A DNA stretch of 29,589 nucleotides, taken from assembly GCF_035285525.1 (NCBI RefSeq), contig NZ_JAYKGW010000100.1:1-29589 (forward strand), given 5' to 3'. Position 1 is the stretch's first letter, and each line of letters starts with the position of its first letter. Below the pieces are notes generated by a model. That model saw only the letters and a list, made by a program, of their open reading frames with translations, searched no databases and was not told the DNA's origin. This document shows, piece after piece, positions 1-9,604 of the stretch. This DNA comes from Okeania sp. (lineage in GTDB: Bacteria; Cyanobacteriota; Cyanobacteriia; Cyanobacteriales; Microcoleaceae). The position numbers and the translations under genes were made by a program.

Positions 1-3000
1 GGTTTCTGGGAAGTAATAGCTCCGACACTCCCTCTCCCCCACTCCCCTACTCCCCCACTCCGCGTCTTCTTTTAGTAGCAGGTTTCTCTGGGATTGGTAA
101 AACTGCTATTGTCAACGAAGTTCACAAACCCATTGTTAAGCAAAGGGGTTATTTTATTAAAGGGAAATTTGACCAGTTTAATCGCAACATTCCTTTCTCG
201 GCGTTAGTGCAGTCTTTCCGGGATTTAATGGGGCAATTATTGAGTGAAAGCGATACTCAACTGCAGCAATGGAAAAGTAAAATCCTGGAAGCAGTGGGAG
301 TTCAGGGGCAAGTAATTATTGAAGTCATTCCGGAGTTAGAAAAAATTATTGGTAAGCAACCTGGTGTACCAGAATTATCAGGAAGTGCTGCTCAAAATCG
401 TTTTAATTTATTGTTTGGCAAATTTATTCAGGTATTTACAACTAAAGAACATCCTTTAGTCATTTTCCTAGATGATTTACAATGGGCAGACTCAGCTTCT
501 TTGAATTTAATGAAACTGTTAATGAGTGGAGTTTCTAATTCCTATTTGCTGATGATAGGAGCATATCGGGATAATGAAGTATTTCCGGCTCATCCATTGA
601 TGTTAACTTTAGATGAGATGGCAAAAGCAGGAGTCATAATTAACACTATTACTTTAGCACCTTTGTCTGAAGATAATATTAATTGTTTAGTGGCGGATAC
701 TCTCAGTTGCAATAGAGAAGTGGCAAAACCCCTAACGGAGTTGATATATCAGAAAACGAAAGGAAATCCGTTTTTTACGACTCAGTTTTTGTTGGGTTTG
801 TATAAAAATAAATTGATTAGTTTTAATAATGATGTGAGGTATTGGGAGTGCGACATTGTGGAGGTAAGGCAACAGACGCTTACTGATGATGTGGTAGAGT
901 TTATGGCACAAAGATTACAGAAATTGCCAGCAGAAACTCAAGAGGTGTTAAAATTAGCAGCTTGTATTGGTAATCACTTTGATTTAGCTACTTTGGCAAT
1001 TGTTTATGAACAGTCTCAAGGAGATACAGCTACAGCCTTATGGAAGGCTTTACAAGAAGAGTTTATTTTACCACAAAGTGAGGTTTACAAATTTTATCTT
1101 GGAGAAGAATTACAAGAATTATCAGAGCATCGAGAACAAAGTTCTCAAGTTGTTAATTATAAGTTTTTACACGATCGGGTTCAACAAGGAGCATATTCCC
1201 TGATTCCTGAAGATCAAAAACAAGCCACACACCTAAAAATAGGAGAACTGTTGCTGAATAATACCCCAAACACAGAATTGGATGAAAACTTGTTTGAGAT
1301 TGTTAATCAGCTTAACATCGGCAGATACTTAGTGGTTGAGTTGCCCAAACAAATACAAATCGCTGAACTCAATTTAAAAGTAGCACAAAAAGCGAGAGCT
1401 GCCACAGCTTATGCTGCTGCATATCAATATGCAGTAATAGGTATTGATTTACTCAATTCTCCCCACCTTAAGCATTCACCCTGGCAAACATATTATGACC
1501 TAACTCTCCCTATACATGAACTAGCTACAGAGACTGCATATCTTAATGGTGATATAACCTGTATGGAGAAATGGGCAAAAATTGTTCTACAAGAAGCAAA
1601 AAATGTTGTGGATAAAATGGGAATTTATGCTACCAAAATCCAGGCTTACATGGGACAAGCAAAAAAACTAGATGCTTTGAAAATTGGATTAGAAGCCCTA
1701 GAGTTGCTAGATGTTAACTTTCCGAGTTCACCAAGTTCCGCTGATATTGAGCAAGCCTTAACTCAAACTGCTAGCAATTTGCAAGGGAAAGAAATAAAAG
1801 ACTTAATTAACCTACCTATGATGACAGATGTAGAAAAGTTGGCTATTGCTAAAATGTTGACGAGTATTGGTCCCCCAAGTTTTCAAGCTGCACGGAGCTT
1901 GTTTCCCTTAGTTATCTGTAAATCAGTAAATTTATCGCTCAAATATGGTAATTCACCTTTCTCTGGCTATGGTTACGCTTGCTACGGTATTTTTTTAAAT
2001 GCCATTTTTCAAGATCCTGACTCGGCATATAAATTTGGTCAATTAGCCTTAAAGCTATCCCAATGTTTTAATGCTCCAGATATGAAATCATCAGTCTTTA
2101 TGGCAGTAGGGGTATGTACAATTCATATTAAAGTTCATGTCAAGGAAACATTGTCTATATTACAGGAAGGATATCAAAGTGGACTAGAGGGTGGTAATTT
2201 TGAATTTCCTGCTTATTGTGCTGTTAACAAATGTCACTACTTATATTTTCTAGGGCAGGAACTCAGTAGCCTTGAAAGGGATATGGAAACTATCAATGAT
2301 GCTCTGGTTAAATTTAAGCAAGATAATGCTTTAGCCTGGAATCAAACCTTTCAACAATCTATTATAAATTTGCGATCTTTATCCAAAAATCCTTGTAATT
2401 TAGAAGGCGAGGTATATAACGAAAAAACATCTTTGCCCCAACTTCAAGAAGCTGATCGCAGAAGTGAAATTTTCTATGTTTACATCAATAAATTAATCCT
2501 TAGCTATCTTTTTGAAGACTATCAGTTAGCCCAAGAAAACGCTCTGAAGGCAGAGCAATATTTAGATGCAGTGGACGGAATTTTAGTTACTATTTCCTTT
2601 AACTTCTATGATTCTTTGGCTCATTTAGCTGTTGGCTTATTTGTGTTCAACCAATCACAGCTAGAACAAATACTGAATCGAGTTAATAAAAATCAGGAAA
2701 AGATGAAGCAATGGGCAACCCATGCACCAATGAATTTTCAACACAAATATGATTTAGTTGAGGCTGAAAAAAGTCATATTATGGGCAATAACTTGGAAGC
2801 TATAGATTTGTATGATTGTGCTATTGCTGGAGCTAGAGAAAATGAATATATTCAAGAAGAAGCACTTGCCAACGAACTTGCTGCCAAATTTTATCTGAAA
2901 TGGGGTAAAGAAAAAGTGGCAGCAGGGTATATGCAAGAAGCCTACTATTGCTATGCCCGTTGGGGTGCGAAAGCCAAAACTGACGACTTAGAAAAATGCT

Positions 3001-4499
3001 ATCCTAACTTGCTCAGTCCAATTTTAAAACCAGCAGCACAAACTTTAGATCCTCTGGAAACTCTCTCGACCTTTAGCAAACGTTCTGTTACTAACCATTC
3101 CTCCACTACCAGTCTTAATAGCGCTCTTGACTTTACAACTGTCCTCAAAGCTGCTCAAGCTATTTCTGGAATCATTGAGCTGGATGAATTATTGCGTCAA
3201 CTCACTCACATTATTCTCCAACATTCTGGAGGAAATCGCTGTGCTTTAATTTTACCCAATAGCAATGGGGAATGGTTGGTTCAAGCTATTGCTACCCCCG
3301 AATCAACAGAAATCTGTTACGAACCTCTAGAAAACAACCCGAATCTACCAACGGAACTCATCCAATATGTCAAAAATACTCAAGAAACTGTAGTCATTAA
3401 CGATTTAAAGACGGATTTACCTATCATTGACAGATATTTATTGCAAAAGAAACCCAAGAGTGTATTGTGTTTACCCATTCTCAACCAAGGACATTTAATT
3501 GGTATTTTGTACCTAAAAAATTTCTTAGTCAGTGGTGCGTTTACCAGAGAGCGAGTCGTTGTTCTCAACTTCCTCTGTACTCAAGCTGCTATTGCTCTGG
3601 AAAATGCCCGTCTCTATGAACAATCTCAAGCTTATGCTCAAAAGTTAGAACAATCTCAACTCCAGATAGTGCAATATGAAAAAATGGCTTCTTTAGGTAA
3701 TTTAATGGCAGGAGTCGCCCACGAAATTAATAATCCTCTGGGCTTTCTCAACGGCAGTATTAGTAATGCTCAGGAGAATCTACATGACATAATGCAACAT
3801 TTTCAACTCTATCATAAGTATTATCCTGATACAGTCCAAGCTATAGCAGAAAATGCGGAAGAAATTGATTTAGATTATCTGTGTGAAGATATGCCTAAAC
3901 TTCTCAGTTCAATGAAAAATGCTACCGAGAGAATTAAAAATCTGAGTACCAGTTTGCGCACTTTTTCCCGCGCAGATACAGAACATCAACTGATTGCCGA
4001 CATACACCAGGGAATTGATAGTACCTTAATGATTCTGAAATATCGACTTAAAGCTAATCAGGAGCGACCGGAAATTCAAGTCATTAAAGACTATGGGGAT
4101 TTTTCGGAAGTGGAGTGTTTTCCCGGACAACTGAATCAGGTGTTTATGAATATTATTGCTAATGCCATTGATATGTTTGATGAAGTTGCTCAGAGTTTAT
4201 CCTATTCAGAGATTGAAGCTCAACCTCAGAAAATTACTATTAAAACAGCATTACTGACTAAAAAAAATGTGGTCAAAATTATAATTGAGGATAATGGAAA
4301 GGGGATGACACCAGAGGTGAAGGCAAGAATATTTGACCATTTATTTACCACCAAGGGTGTGGGTAAGGGAACAGGATTAGGATTGGCAATCGTCCGGCAA
4401 ATAGTGGTCGAGAAACATGGTGGTACAATTGATTGTATCTCAGAGTTGGGTAAGGGCACAAAATTTATCATTACTTTACCCTTAAGTATGGTTTGCTGA
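1..4499 (+). CDS. multidomain sensor kinase, 5' end outside window: P-loop AAA NTPase + long helical region + GAF + HisKA/HATPase_c. This architecture is typical of cyanobacterial Ser/Thr-kinase/AAA/GAF/His-kinase proteins.
   Basis: The reading frame starting at nt 3 has no stop upstream of the listed GTG at 207, so the ORF runs off the window edge. Walker A GFSGIGKT is at 81-104. A GAF-like block lies at ~3170-3620 (LPILNQGHLIGILYLKN). The H-box is MAGVAHEINNPL, with the His codon at 3720-3722. N box NIIANAID and G boxes EDNGKGM and GKGTGLGLAI lie at ~4140-4390. Confidence 0.9.
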   Translation, partial: FLGSNSSDTPSPPLPYSPTPRLLLVAGFSGIGKTAIVNEVHKPIVKQRGYFIKGKFDQFNRNIPFSALVQSFRDLMGQLLSESDTQLQQWKSKILEAVGVQGQVIIEVIPELEKIIGKQPGVPELSGSAAQNRFNLLFGKFIQVFTTKEHPLVIFLDDLQWADSASLNLMKLLMSGVSNSYLLMIGAYRDNEVFPAHPLMLTLDEMAKAGVIINTITLAPLSEDNINCLVADTLSCNREVAKPLTELIYQKTKGNPFFTTQFLLGLYKNKLISFNNDVRYWECDIVEVRQQTLTDDVVEFMAQRLQKLPAETQEVLKLAACIGNHFDLATLAIVYEQSQGDTATALWKALQEEFILPQSEVYKFYLGEELQELSEHREQSSQVVNYKFLHDRVQQGAYSLIPEDQKQATHLKIGELLLNNTPNTELDENLFEIVNQLNIGRYLVVELPKQIQIAELNLKVAQKARAATAYAAAYQYAVIGIDLLNSPHLKHSPWQTYYDLTLPIHELATETAYLNGDITCMEKWAKIVLQEAKNVVDKMGIYATKIQAYMGQAKKLDALKIGLEALELLDVNFPSSPSSADIEQALTQTASNLQGKEIKDLINLPMMTDVEKLAIAKMLTSIGPPSFQAARSLFPLVICKSVNLSLKYGNSPFSGYGYACYGIFLNAIFQDPDSAYKFGQLALKLSQCFNAPDMKSSVFMAVGVCTIHIKVHVKETLSILQEGYQSGLEGGNFEFPAYCAVNKCHYLYFLGQELSSLERDMETINDALVKFKQDNALAWNQTFQQSIINLRSLSKNPCNLEGEVYNEKTSLPQLQEADRRSEIFYVYINKLILSYLFEDYQLAQENALKAEQYLDAVDGILVTISFNFYDSLAHLAVGLFVFNQSQLEQILNRVNKNQEKMKQWATHAPMNFQHKYDLVEAEKSHIMGNNLEAIDLYDCAIAGARENEYIQEEALANELAAKFYLKWGKEKVAAGYMQEAYYCYARWGAKAKTDDLEKCYPNLLSPILKPAAQTLDPLETLSTFSKRSVTNHSSTTSLNSALDFTTVLKAAQAISGIIELDELLRQLTHIILQHSGGNRCALILPNSNGEWLVQAIATPESTEICYEPLENNPNLPTELIQYVKNTQETVVINDLKTDLPIIDRYLLQKKPKSVLCLPILNQGHLIGILYLKNFLVSGAFTRERVVVLNFLCTQAAIALENARLYEQSQAYAQKLEQSQLQIVQYEKMASLGNLMAGVAHEINNPLGFLNGSISNAQENLHDIMQHFQLYHKYYPDTVQAIAENAEEIDLDYLCEDMPKLLSSMKNATERIKNLSTSLRTFSRADTEHQLIADIHQGIDSTLMILKYRLKANQERPEIQVIKDYGDFSEVECFPGQLNQVFMNIIANAIDMFDEVAQSLSYSEIEAQPQKITIKTALLTKKNVVKIIIEDNGKGMTPEVKARIFDHLFTTKGVGKGTGLGLAIVRQIVVEKHGGTIDCISELGKGTKFIITLPLSMVC
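26..61 (+). repeat. octamer-type short tandem repeat (YACTCCCC) inside the kinase coding region
   Basis: cactccct ctccccc cactcccc tactcccc cactcc. It is the reverse complement of the intergenic GTAGGGGA array at 8431-8478 and translates as the P/S/T-rich stretch DTPSPPLPYSPTP. Confidence 0.7.
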
Positions 4500-4771
4500 A
4501 AAAGTATTTTTAAGGAGATAGGCTCTGTTGGAGCATTAGGAATGTCAGTACGAAGAGGTATATTTGTATTATCCTCGATTTTCTCTTCTATTCCATCAGG
4601 GAGATTGGAAAAGAAATCGTAGCCAGTTTTGGACTCGACCTCGTTGACAAAGTTAACATACAATAGCCTCTCAGGGTTTTCGCTGTCTTTTTCTTTTCTC
4701 CAAGCGCTAGTTTTGTCAGGAGTATTGTTGTTAGGCATCCACAAACCTAAAGTATATGTGCTTTCTGTCAC
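4500..4771 (-). pseudogene. C-terminal fragment of a DNA/RNA non-specific (NucA/Serratia-type) endonuclease
   Basis: The ORF 4226..4771 begins ...LLYVNFVNEVESKTGYDFFSNLPDGIEEKIEDN. From memory, this resembles the extreme C-terminus of NucA-family nucleases (..V..IE..TG..F.S.LPD..). No catalytic DRGH region lies upstream. The ORF then runs 274 nt antisense into the kinase gene. Confidence 0.45.
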
Positions 4772-4793
4772 ATCTTCTACACCAAGACAAGTT

Positions 4794-5187
4794 ATGGATG
4801 AAGATAAATTCTTAGAACAGTATGAAAATGTTGAGAGAGATTTTTCCAGAAGACAAATTGAAGATAATTTCTTAGAACAGTATGAAAATGGTGAGAGAGA
4901 TTTTTCGGGTATAGATTTAAGAAAATGTTATTTTTTTGATGCCCTCCTGATGGATATCAATTTAAGTAGCGCTAATCTCGAAAACGCATTGATAGAAGGG
5001 GACATAGGAAATGCTAATTTCAGTGGAGCTAATCTCAAAAAAAGCTAGCCTCCGGCACACCTATTTCATAGGTACAAACCTGAGTTATGCTAATTTGAGC
5101 GGAGCCAATCTCATCTGTGCTGATTTTACTAATGCTGACCTAAGTTATGCTAATTTGAGTGGAGTCTCTATATCCTTAGAAAAATAA
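4794..5187 (+). pseudogene. pentapeptide-repeat protein split by a frameshift in an A7 homopolymer
   Basis: ATG at 4794. Pentapeptide repeats (NLSSANLENALIEGDIGNANFSGANL) stop at TAG 5046-5048. The repeats continue in the next frame (LRHTYFIGTNLSYANLSGANLICADFTNADLSYANLSG) to TAA 5185-5187. Removing one A from the run at 5037-5043 restores a single ORF. Confidence 0.6.
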
Positions 5188-5924
5188 GTCCCCATGTGAT
5201 CCGGCACATACCACGGATTAAAAGCCGGATTTAGCCCGCGCTCATAAAACTGCTTATCAAACAACTTCTGTTCGCTTGCATCCCCACGTCGGCGGTAAAT
5301 CGGCTGACTTTCTTCACCTAAGCGCGCCTCACTCTTAGATAAATCCGTCGTACCCCCATACCAACTTACAACCTGTTGGTGCGGCTTTCCAACTAAATTA
5401 TCCTTCGTAAACCCAATCTTACTTTCCTCATCACCCTCCGTATTGCGCCTAGTACCCAACCTCACACTCAAGTCTGGTTCTCCTAAAAGCTTGCCTGATG
5501 CATTCCTGGGGAAATTTAAACCCGTCCTCAACTCTGTCCGCAGTGCATCAGGCCCTAAAAGATTAGGAATATCTCGACCTGCTGGTGTCGCTGTCGGAAT
5601 TGGTGGAATGCCAAACTCCACTCTCGGCACAGTCTGGTAATAGTTATCAGCAAAAGTTACATTATCCCAAACCTGAACCTTCGGCTCCCGGAAATCACTA
5701 AAAGCTCCTAGAAATGGTAAACTGATAGTTGGTTGGTCAAAATCATGGGGGTCGAGAGTAGTCATCTGTAAATCCCGTTGCCCTGTTCCTACTTTACCAC
5801 CTGCTTCTGGGAAAAACGTTCCCAAACGTTGAATAATCTCGCTGTTAACAACCGTGCCTCGACTGAAACCAATAAAGTGTAGTGGGGAGTTGAACAACGC
5901 ACCTTGATTTCTAATCAAATCCAC
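5145..5924 (-). pseudogene. alpha/beta-hydrolase (lipase-like) ORF, apparently N-terminally truncated
   Basis: The GxSxG nucleophile elbow (HFIGFSRGT) is at residue ~21, whereas the fold normally needs ~80-100 preceding residues. A stop lies 5 codons upstream in frame. The GTG start shares 1 nt with the TAG of the upstream M48 gene. Confidence 0.5.
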
Positions 5925-6778
5925 TAAGGAACTAATCTACTTACAAGGAACTTATAACGTCTTTCATCCAACCCATCACCATTGTAAGCAAGGTCAGGAT
6001 TAATCATTTGTCTCATCTCAGAAATTCGCGCCGATGTTGCTGGGTGAGTGCTAAGAAAAGATGGTTGCGACCCTTTCTTCAGTAATTTTTGCATAAATGT
6101 AATTGCCCCAGACTGAGCATATCCCGCTCTTCCCAAGGCAGCAATACCAACTTGATCTGCTTCAAATTCTGCCTGGCGACTTTTGGGGCGACGTAATGCC
6201 AATTCTACCCCTATTTGAACTGCAACATTATTATCTACACCTGCTGCCGTAGCTAAACCCTGCGCTAATAAACTTTGACGTAATTGTTTCACCGCATGGC
6301 GTTCGGTAATATGAGCAATTTCGTGGGCAAACACACTAGCTAATTCTGCTTCATTATCGGCAGCTTTTATTAAACCAGTATTCATATAAACAAACCCCCC
6401 CATAGTGGCAAAAGCATTTATACCATCATCTTCTACTATTTGAAAAGTGTAAGGAATATCTGAGCGGGGACTTGCTTTAACTAATCTTTGCCCTATTATG
6501 TTTATATATTGGTTAGCTCTGCGATCGCCATAAAGTTTAACATCTCCACTTTTCAATAATTGTTGATTAATTTGTTTACCTAATTCAACTTCTTGACGAT
6601 CTGATAAGTTAGAAATTGACATAATCTGAATACCCTGGAAAATTAACTCTCTCCAGGGAATAGCTTGAGTAGGAAATGCTGTACCCACACATAAAGCAAC
6701 AGCAACCATGAGTGATATTAACGGATATAATATTCGACGATAGGGATACTTAAAAATCAAAGATAATTTTTTTAACAT
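5924..6778 (-). CDS. M48 family (Ste24/HtpX-like) zinc metallopeptidase with N-terminal signal/anchor
   Basis: HExxH motif FAHEIAHITERH. Hydrophobic N-terminus ILYPLISLMVAVALCVG. Full-length 284-aa ORF. Confidence 0.85.
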   Translation of the reverse strand: MLKKLSLIFKYPYRRILYPLISLMVAVALCVGTAFPTQAIPWRELIFQGIQIMSISNLSDRQEVELGKQINQQLLKSGDVKLYGDRRANQYINIIGQRLVKASPRSDIPYTFQIVEDDGINAFATMGGFVYMNTGLIKAADNEAELASVFAHEIAHITERHAVKQLRQSLLAQGLATAAGVDNNVAVQIGVELALRRPKSRQAEFEADQVGIAALGRAGYAQSGAITFMQKLLKKGSQPSFLSTHPATSARISEMRQMINPDLAYNGDGLDERRYKFLVSRLVP

Positions 6779-7285
6779 GAGCTTTTTTTTGATTACTTAT
6801 GAATATAATATATCATAAATTAGTGAAGAATTTTCTGTCAATCTTATTACGAACTACAAAAATTATGTATAGTTTGTCTGCAAACTTAAAAGTTGATTTT
6901 GTATCGAAGATAAGGAAGTTTAACTAATCAAAAAAATCCTTATCTTCATCCTGGAAATTAATTTTTTTCCTAACTCATGGTAATCTTGACTATTAATATT
7001 CTTATAGCTATTTCATTCTATAAGGTTAGTCACAAGAATCTCAAGATTAGAGTCAGAGTTTTTTCATATTCATATAAATTTCCCCACATTTTCTCAAATA
7101 GACAATTTATATGATAAATATAAAAAAGTTAGCAATCTTGACCTTGTGTCCAGACAGCTAACCACATACCATAGCAGTCCTAAAATTATCTGTAATCTGT
7201 GAAAAAAAATGTAGGGGTTTAATCTCCAAACCATATTAGGTGAAATACTATAACCAATTTAGGATTGCTATATTAGGACTTATGG

Positions 7286-7350
7286 AAAAACCGGGTTAAT
7301 AAACTAAAATTTGCAACATCAAGTATTTAATTAAGATACCCAGTTTTTTT
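7286..7350 (+). repeat. long AT-rich hairpin element (AAAAACCGGGT...ACCCAGTTTTT plus T-run), member of a dispersed family
   Basis: Arms at 7286-7296 and 7338-7348 are complementary with 1 mismatch. Related copies are at 10900-10957 and 27779-27844. The interior motif aaactaaaatttgc is shared with the 27.8-kb copy. Confidence 0.6.
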
Positions 7351-7411
7351 CGATTGAGATGTTAATTTCTAGTTGAACAGTTTACTTTTGTAAAAATTAA
7401 GTTATAAAGTT

Positions 7412-7939
7412 ATGAAAATTCTAGATTCTCAAGGACGATTATTTGGTAAAATTAGTATCTTAGACTTTGGCGCTGTACTAATAATTTTCATGGTTTTGCT
7501 AGGAATTTTTGTCTTTCCTGGTACTAGCAAAAATACAGTTGCTCAAGTGGGCAGTGTTGTCTCCAAACCAGTAGAAGTAGATGCTATTGCCATTGGTGTG
7601 AAAGGTCGTAACCCTGAAAAATTAATAAAGGCAGGGGAAAAAACTCAATTGATTATTCGGAATCAACCTTATGGAGAAATAGACGTGAAATCTGTAGAAT
7701 TTATGACTCGAAAAGTGGCAGTACCTCAACCAGATGGCACAGTAAAAGCTTTACGGGATCCTAGGGATGAAGAACTATTTAGTCAGAATGTTTTAGTAAC
7801 ATTGAAAGGTCAAGGTAGAATTACTGATGATGGTCCTGTTTTAGGAAATATTAAGCTAAAAATTGGCACCACAATTGAGTTAGAAGGCATGGACTATAAT
7901 TTTAATGCGAGTGTAATTGATGTGCGAGTACAAGAATAA
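7412..7939 (+). CDS. DUF4330-like conserved cyanobacterial protein with N-terminal TM helix
   Basis: The N-terminus MKILDSQGRLFGKISILDFGAVLIIFMVLLGIF matches my recollection of the DUF4330 family signature. Clean 175-aa ORF. Confidence 0.65.
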   Translation: MKILDSQGRLFGKISILDFGAVLIIFMVLLGIFVFPGTSKNTVAQVGSVVSKPVEVDAIAIGVKGRNPEKLIKAGEKTQLIIRNQPYGEIDVKSVEFMTRKVAVPQPDGTVKALRDPRDEELFSQNVLVTLKGQGRITDDGPVLGNIKLKIGTTIELEGMDYNFNASVIDVRVQE

Positions 7940-8223
7940 CTTAAATAATTAATAATTAGGGTTTGCGTTTCTTCAGTCTTTTAGTAGCGGGAGGAGCCAG
8001 AATCCAGCAATCCAGCAATCCAGGAGGAATAGGAATCAGAGAAGAAGTAGCCAGAAGAATCTTCCCTTAATTTTTTACCTCTAGTTTTGCTCAAAATCGT
8101 AGATTTTTAAGCTGGAATCACCTAAAAGCTGGTACTTTCTTAGTATCTATAAATACTGAAAGCAATGCCCATAAACACTTTGATAAATAATTCAGCCAGC
8201 CCTACTAATTAATACCCGAAGCC

Positions 8224-8251
8224 GTAGGTTGGGTTTCGTTCCTCAACCCAA
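8224..8251. repeat. GTAGGTTGGGTTTCG..CTCAACCCAAC hairpin repeat
   Basis: Stem gttgggtt/aacccaa. A second copy at 8489-8518 has the complementary outer arm (..aacccaacctac). Confidence 0.6.
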
Positions 8252-8254
8252 TAT

Positions 8255-8347
8255 TATAGTTATTCTGAATAAGAATGAAACATTTTTTTAGCTGAAACCT
8301 TTTAACAGTAAGAAATTATTGTCTCAGTCTAAACCAGAATGACTATA
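8255..8347. mobile_element. 93-bp MITE-like element, copy A
   Basis: 13-nt terminal inverted repeats tatagttattctg / cagaatgactata (1 mismatch). By eye ~80% identical over its full length to the copy at 25544-25636, which is also 93 bp. Confidence 0.7.
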
Positions 8348-8430
8348 GTAAAGCTTTTTTAGGTTTCACTATTTTAGGTGTGTCAGGTCAGTTCACTAGA
8401 CTGTTTCATCTAGAATAGTACATTAGAGAA

Positions 8431-8478
8431 GTAGGGAAGTAGGGGAGTAGGGGAGTAGGGGAGTAGGGGAGCGAGGAA
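8431..8478. repeat. octamer tandem repeat GTAGGGGA x ~6
   Basis: gtagggaa gtagggga gtagggga gtagggga gtagggga gcgaggaa. Confidence 0.9.
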
Positions 8479-8488
8479 AAATATTGTT

Positions 8489-8518
8489 GTTGGGTTTCGG
8501 TCTCTCAACCCAACCTAC
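8489..8518. repeat. GTTGGGTTTCGG..CTCAACCCAACCTAC hairpin repeat, second copy
   Basis: 8-bp stem gttgggtt/aacccaac. Same family as 8224-8251. Confidence 0.6.
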
Positions 8519-8647
8519 ATATATTGGATCATTTAAAATCAAACAGTCTACTACAAATTTGCACCAAATTAGTGTGTCAATCTACTACACTTATTACTAA
8601 ACTTCTAGACATTAAATTTCTTACTCCCTACTCCCTAACTTTTAAAT

Positions 8648-9448
8648 TTATTTAATTGCTACCACTGCTAAATTCCAAGCAAATCTTTTCATTAAAGGCA
8701 ACTTTTTTAACACCATATCCAACTTTTCTAATCTACTATACATTGGTTCTAATCTTTGATGTTCAATAATAATTTTCTTCCAATAACGTTCTTGATTTGG
8801 GTCAACTTTTTCAATTAAATAAAACTTGAGAAAAATCCAGAGAGTTGCTAACCAAAAAGTATCATAAACTGTTTCTGAATAGAGAGACTTAATAAAATCA
8901 ACAATATTAATATCCAAAGGTGTTTCATCCTCAGTTCTTACCTCAGTAGCAATACGTCGATAAACATTAATAACTGGATTATGTTTCAATGGTTCCCAAA
9001 AACAAGCTTTCCCACCAGGTTTAAGAACTCGGTGCATTTCCTGAATAGCTAACTTCGGATTTGGTAAATGGTGCAGTAAGTTAGAAGCATAAACAAAATC
9101 AAAAGTATTATCAGGAAATTCTAATGCCATAGCATCCATAACTTTCCCTTCAATTTGAACACCATTTTTGGCCGCCAAATTAACAGCAACATCTACCATT
9201 CCTGGAGAATAATCTGTTGCTAAACATCGCGCTCCTTTCTTAGCAAAATAAACACTATTTTCTCCTGCACCACAACCTAAATCTAACAAATATTTATCTG
9301 TTAAATCCCCCATTTGTTTGAGAATAAATCTGTTTTCTGGTGCAGTACAACTTTCAAAATAATCAACTACTCGAATACCTTCAATATCAATAGTTGATGC
9401 CCAGATATCGTGAAATTTTCGTTCTTTAGTTAATATTTCGTCTTGCAT
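8648..9448 (-). CDS. class I SAM-dependent methyltransferase
   Basis: Motif I LLDLGCGAGENSVYFAKKG followed by an acidic post-I residue (ATDYSPGMV). 266-aa ORF. Confidence 0.85.
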   Translation of the reverse strand: MQDEILTKERKFHDIWASTIDIEGIRVVDYFESCTAPENRFILKQMGDLTDKYLLDLGCGAGENSVYFAKKGARCLATDYSPGMVDVAVNLAAKNGVQIEGKVMDAMALEFPDNTFDFVYASNLLHHLPNPKLAIQEMHRVLKPGGKACFWEPLKHNPVINVYRRIATEVRTEDETPLDINIVDFIKSLYSETVYDTFWLATLWIFLKFYLIEKVDPNQERYWKKIIIEHQRLEPMYSRLEKLDMVLKKLPLMKRFAWNLAVVAIK

Positions 9449-9604
9449 TTTTTAGATATTTACCCACTTTTATCTACCTATTTTACTATTGTACAAGGGA
9501 AGTTCAGATATAAGTGGGATGAACATCCTGCCCATCCGAAAATATATAGCAATGTGCGCTGGCATATTTATATTAAATCCCGTAGTATCGGTAGAATTAA
9601 AGAT

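Noticed and set aside
1000-3568. Short ORFs 1000..1203 (+, alternate frame), 2754..2936 and 3380..3568 (both antisense) inside the kinase gene
   Set aside because: They are embedded in a strongly supported 1430+ aa ORF with domain motifs, and they carry no motifs of their own.
4629-4793. Upstream extension of the pentapeptide ORF (track start 4629)
   Set aside because: This part is antisense to the nuclease remnant and shows no pentapeptide or other motif. ATG 4794 precedes the duplicated N-terminal segment.
5443-5640. 65-aa plus-strand ORF inside the lipase-like region
   Set aside because: It is antisense to an ORF with a GxSxG motif and has no features of its own.
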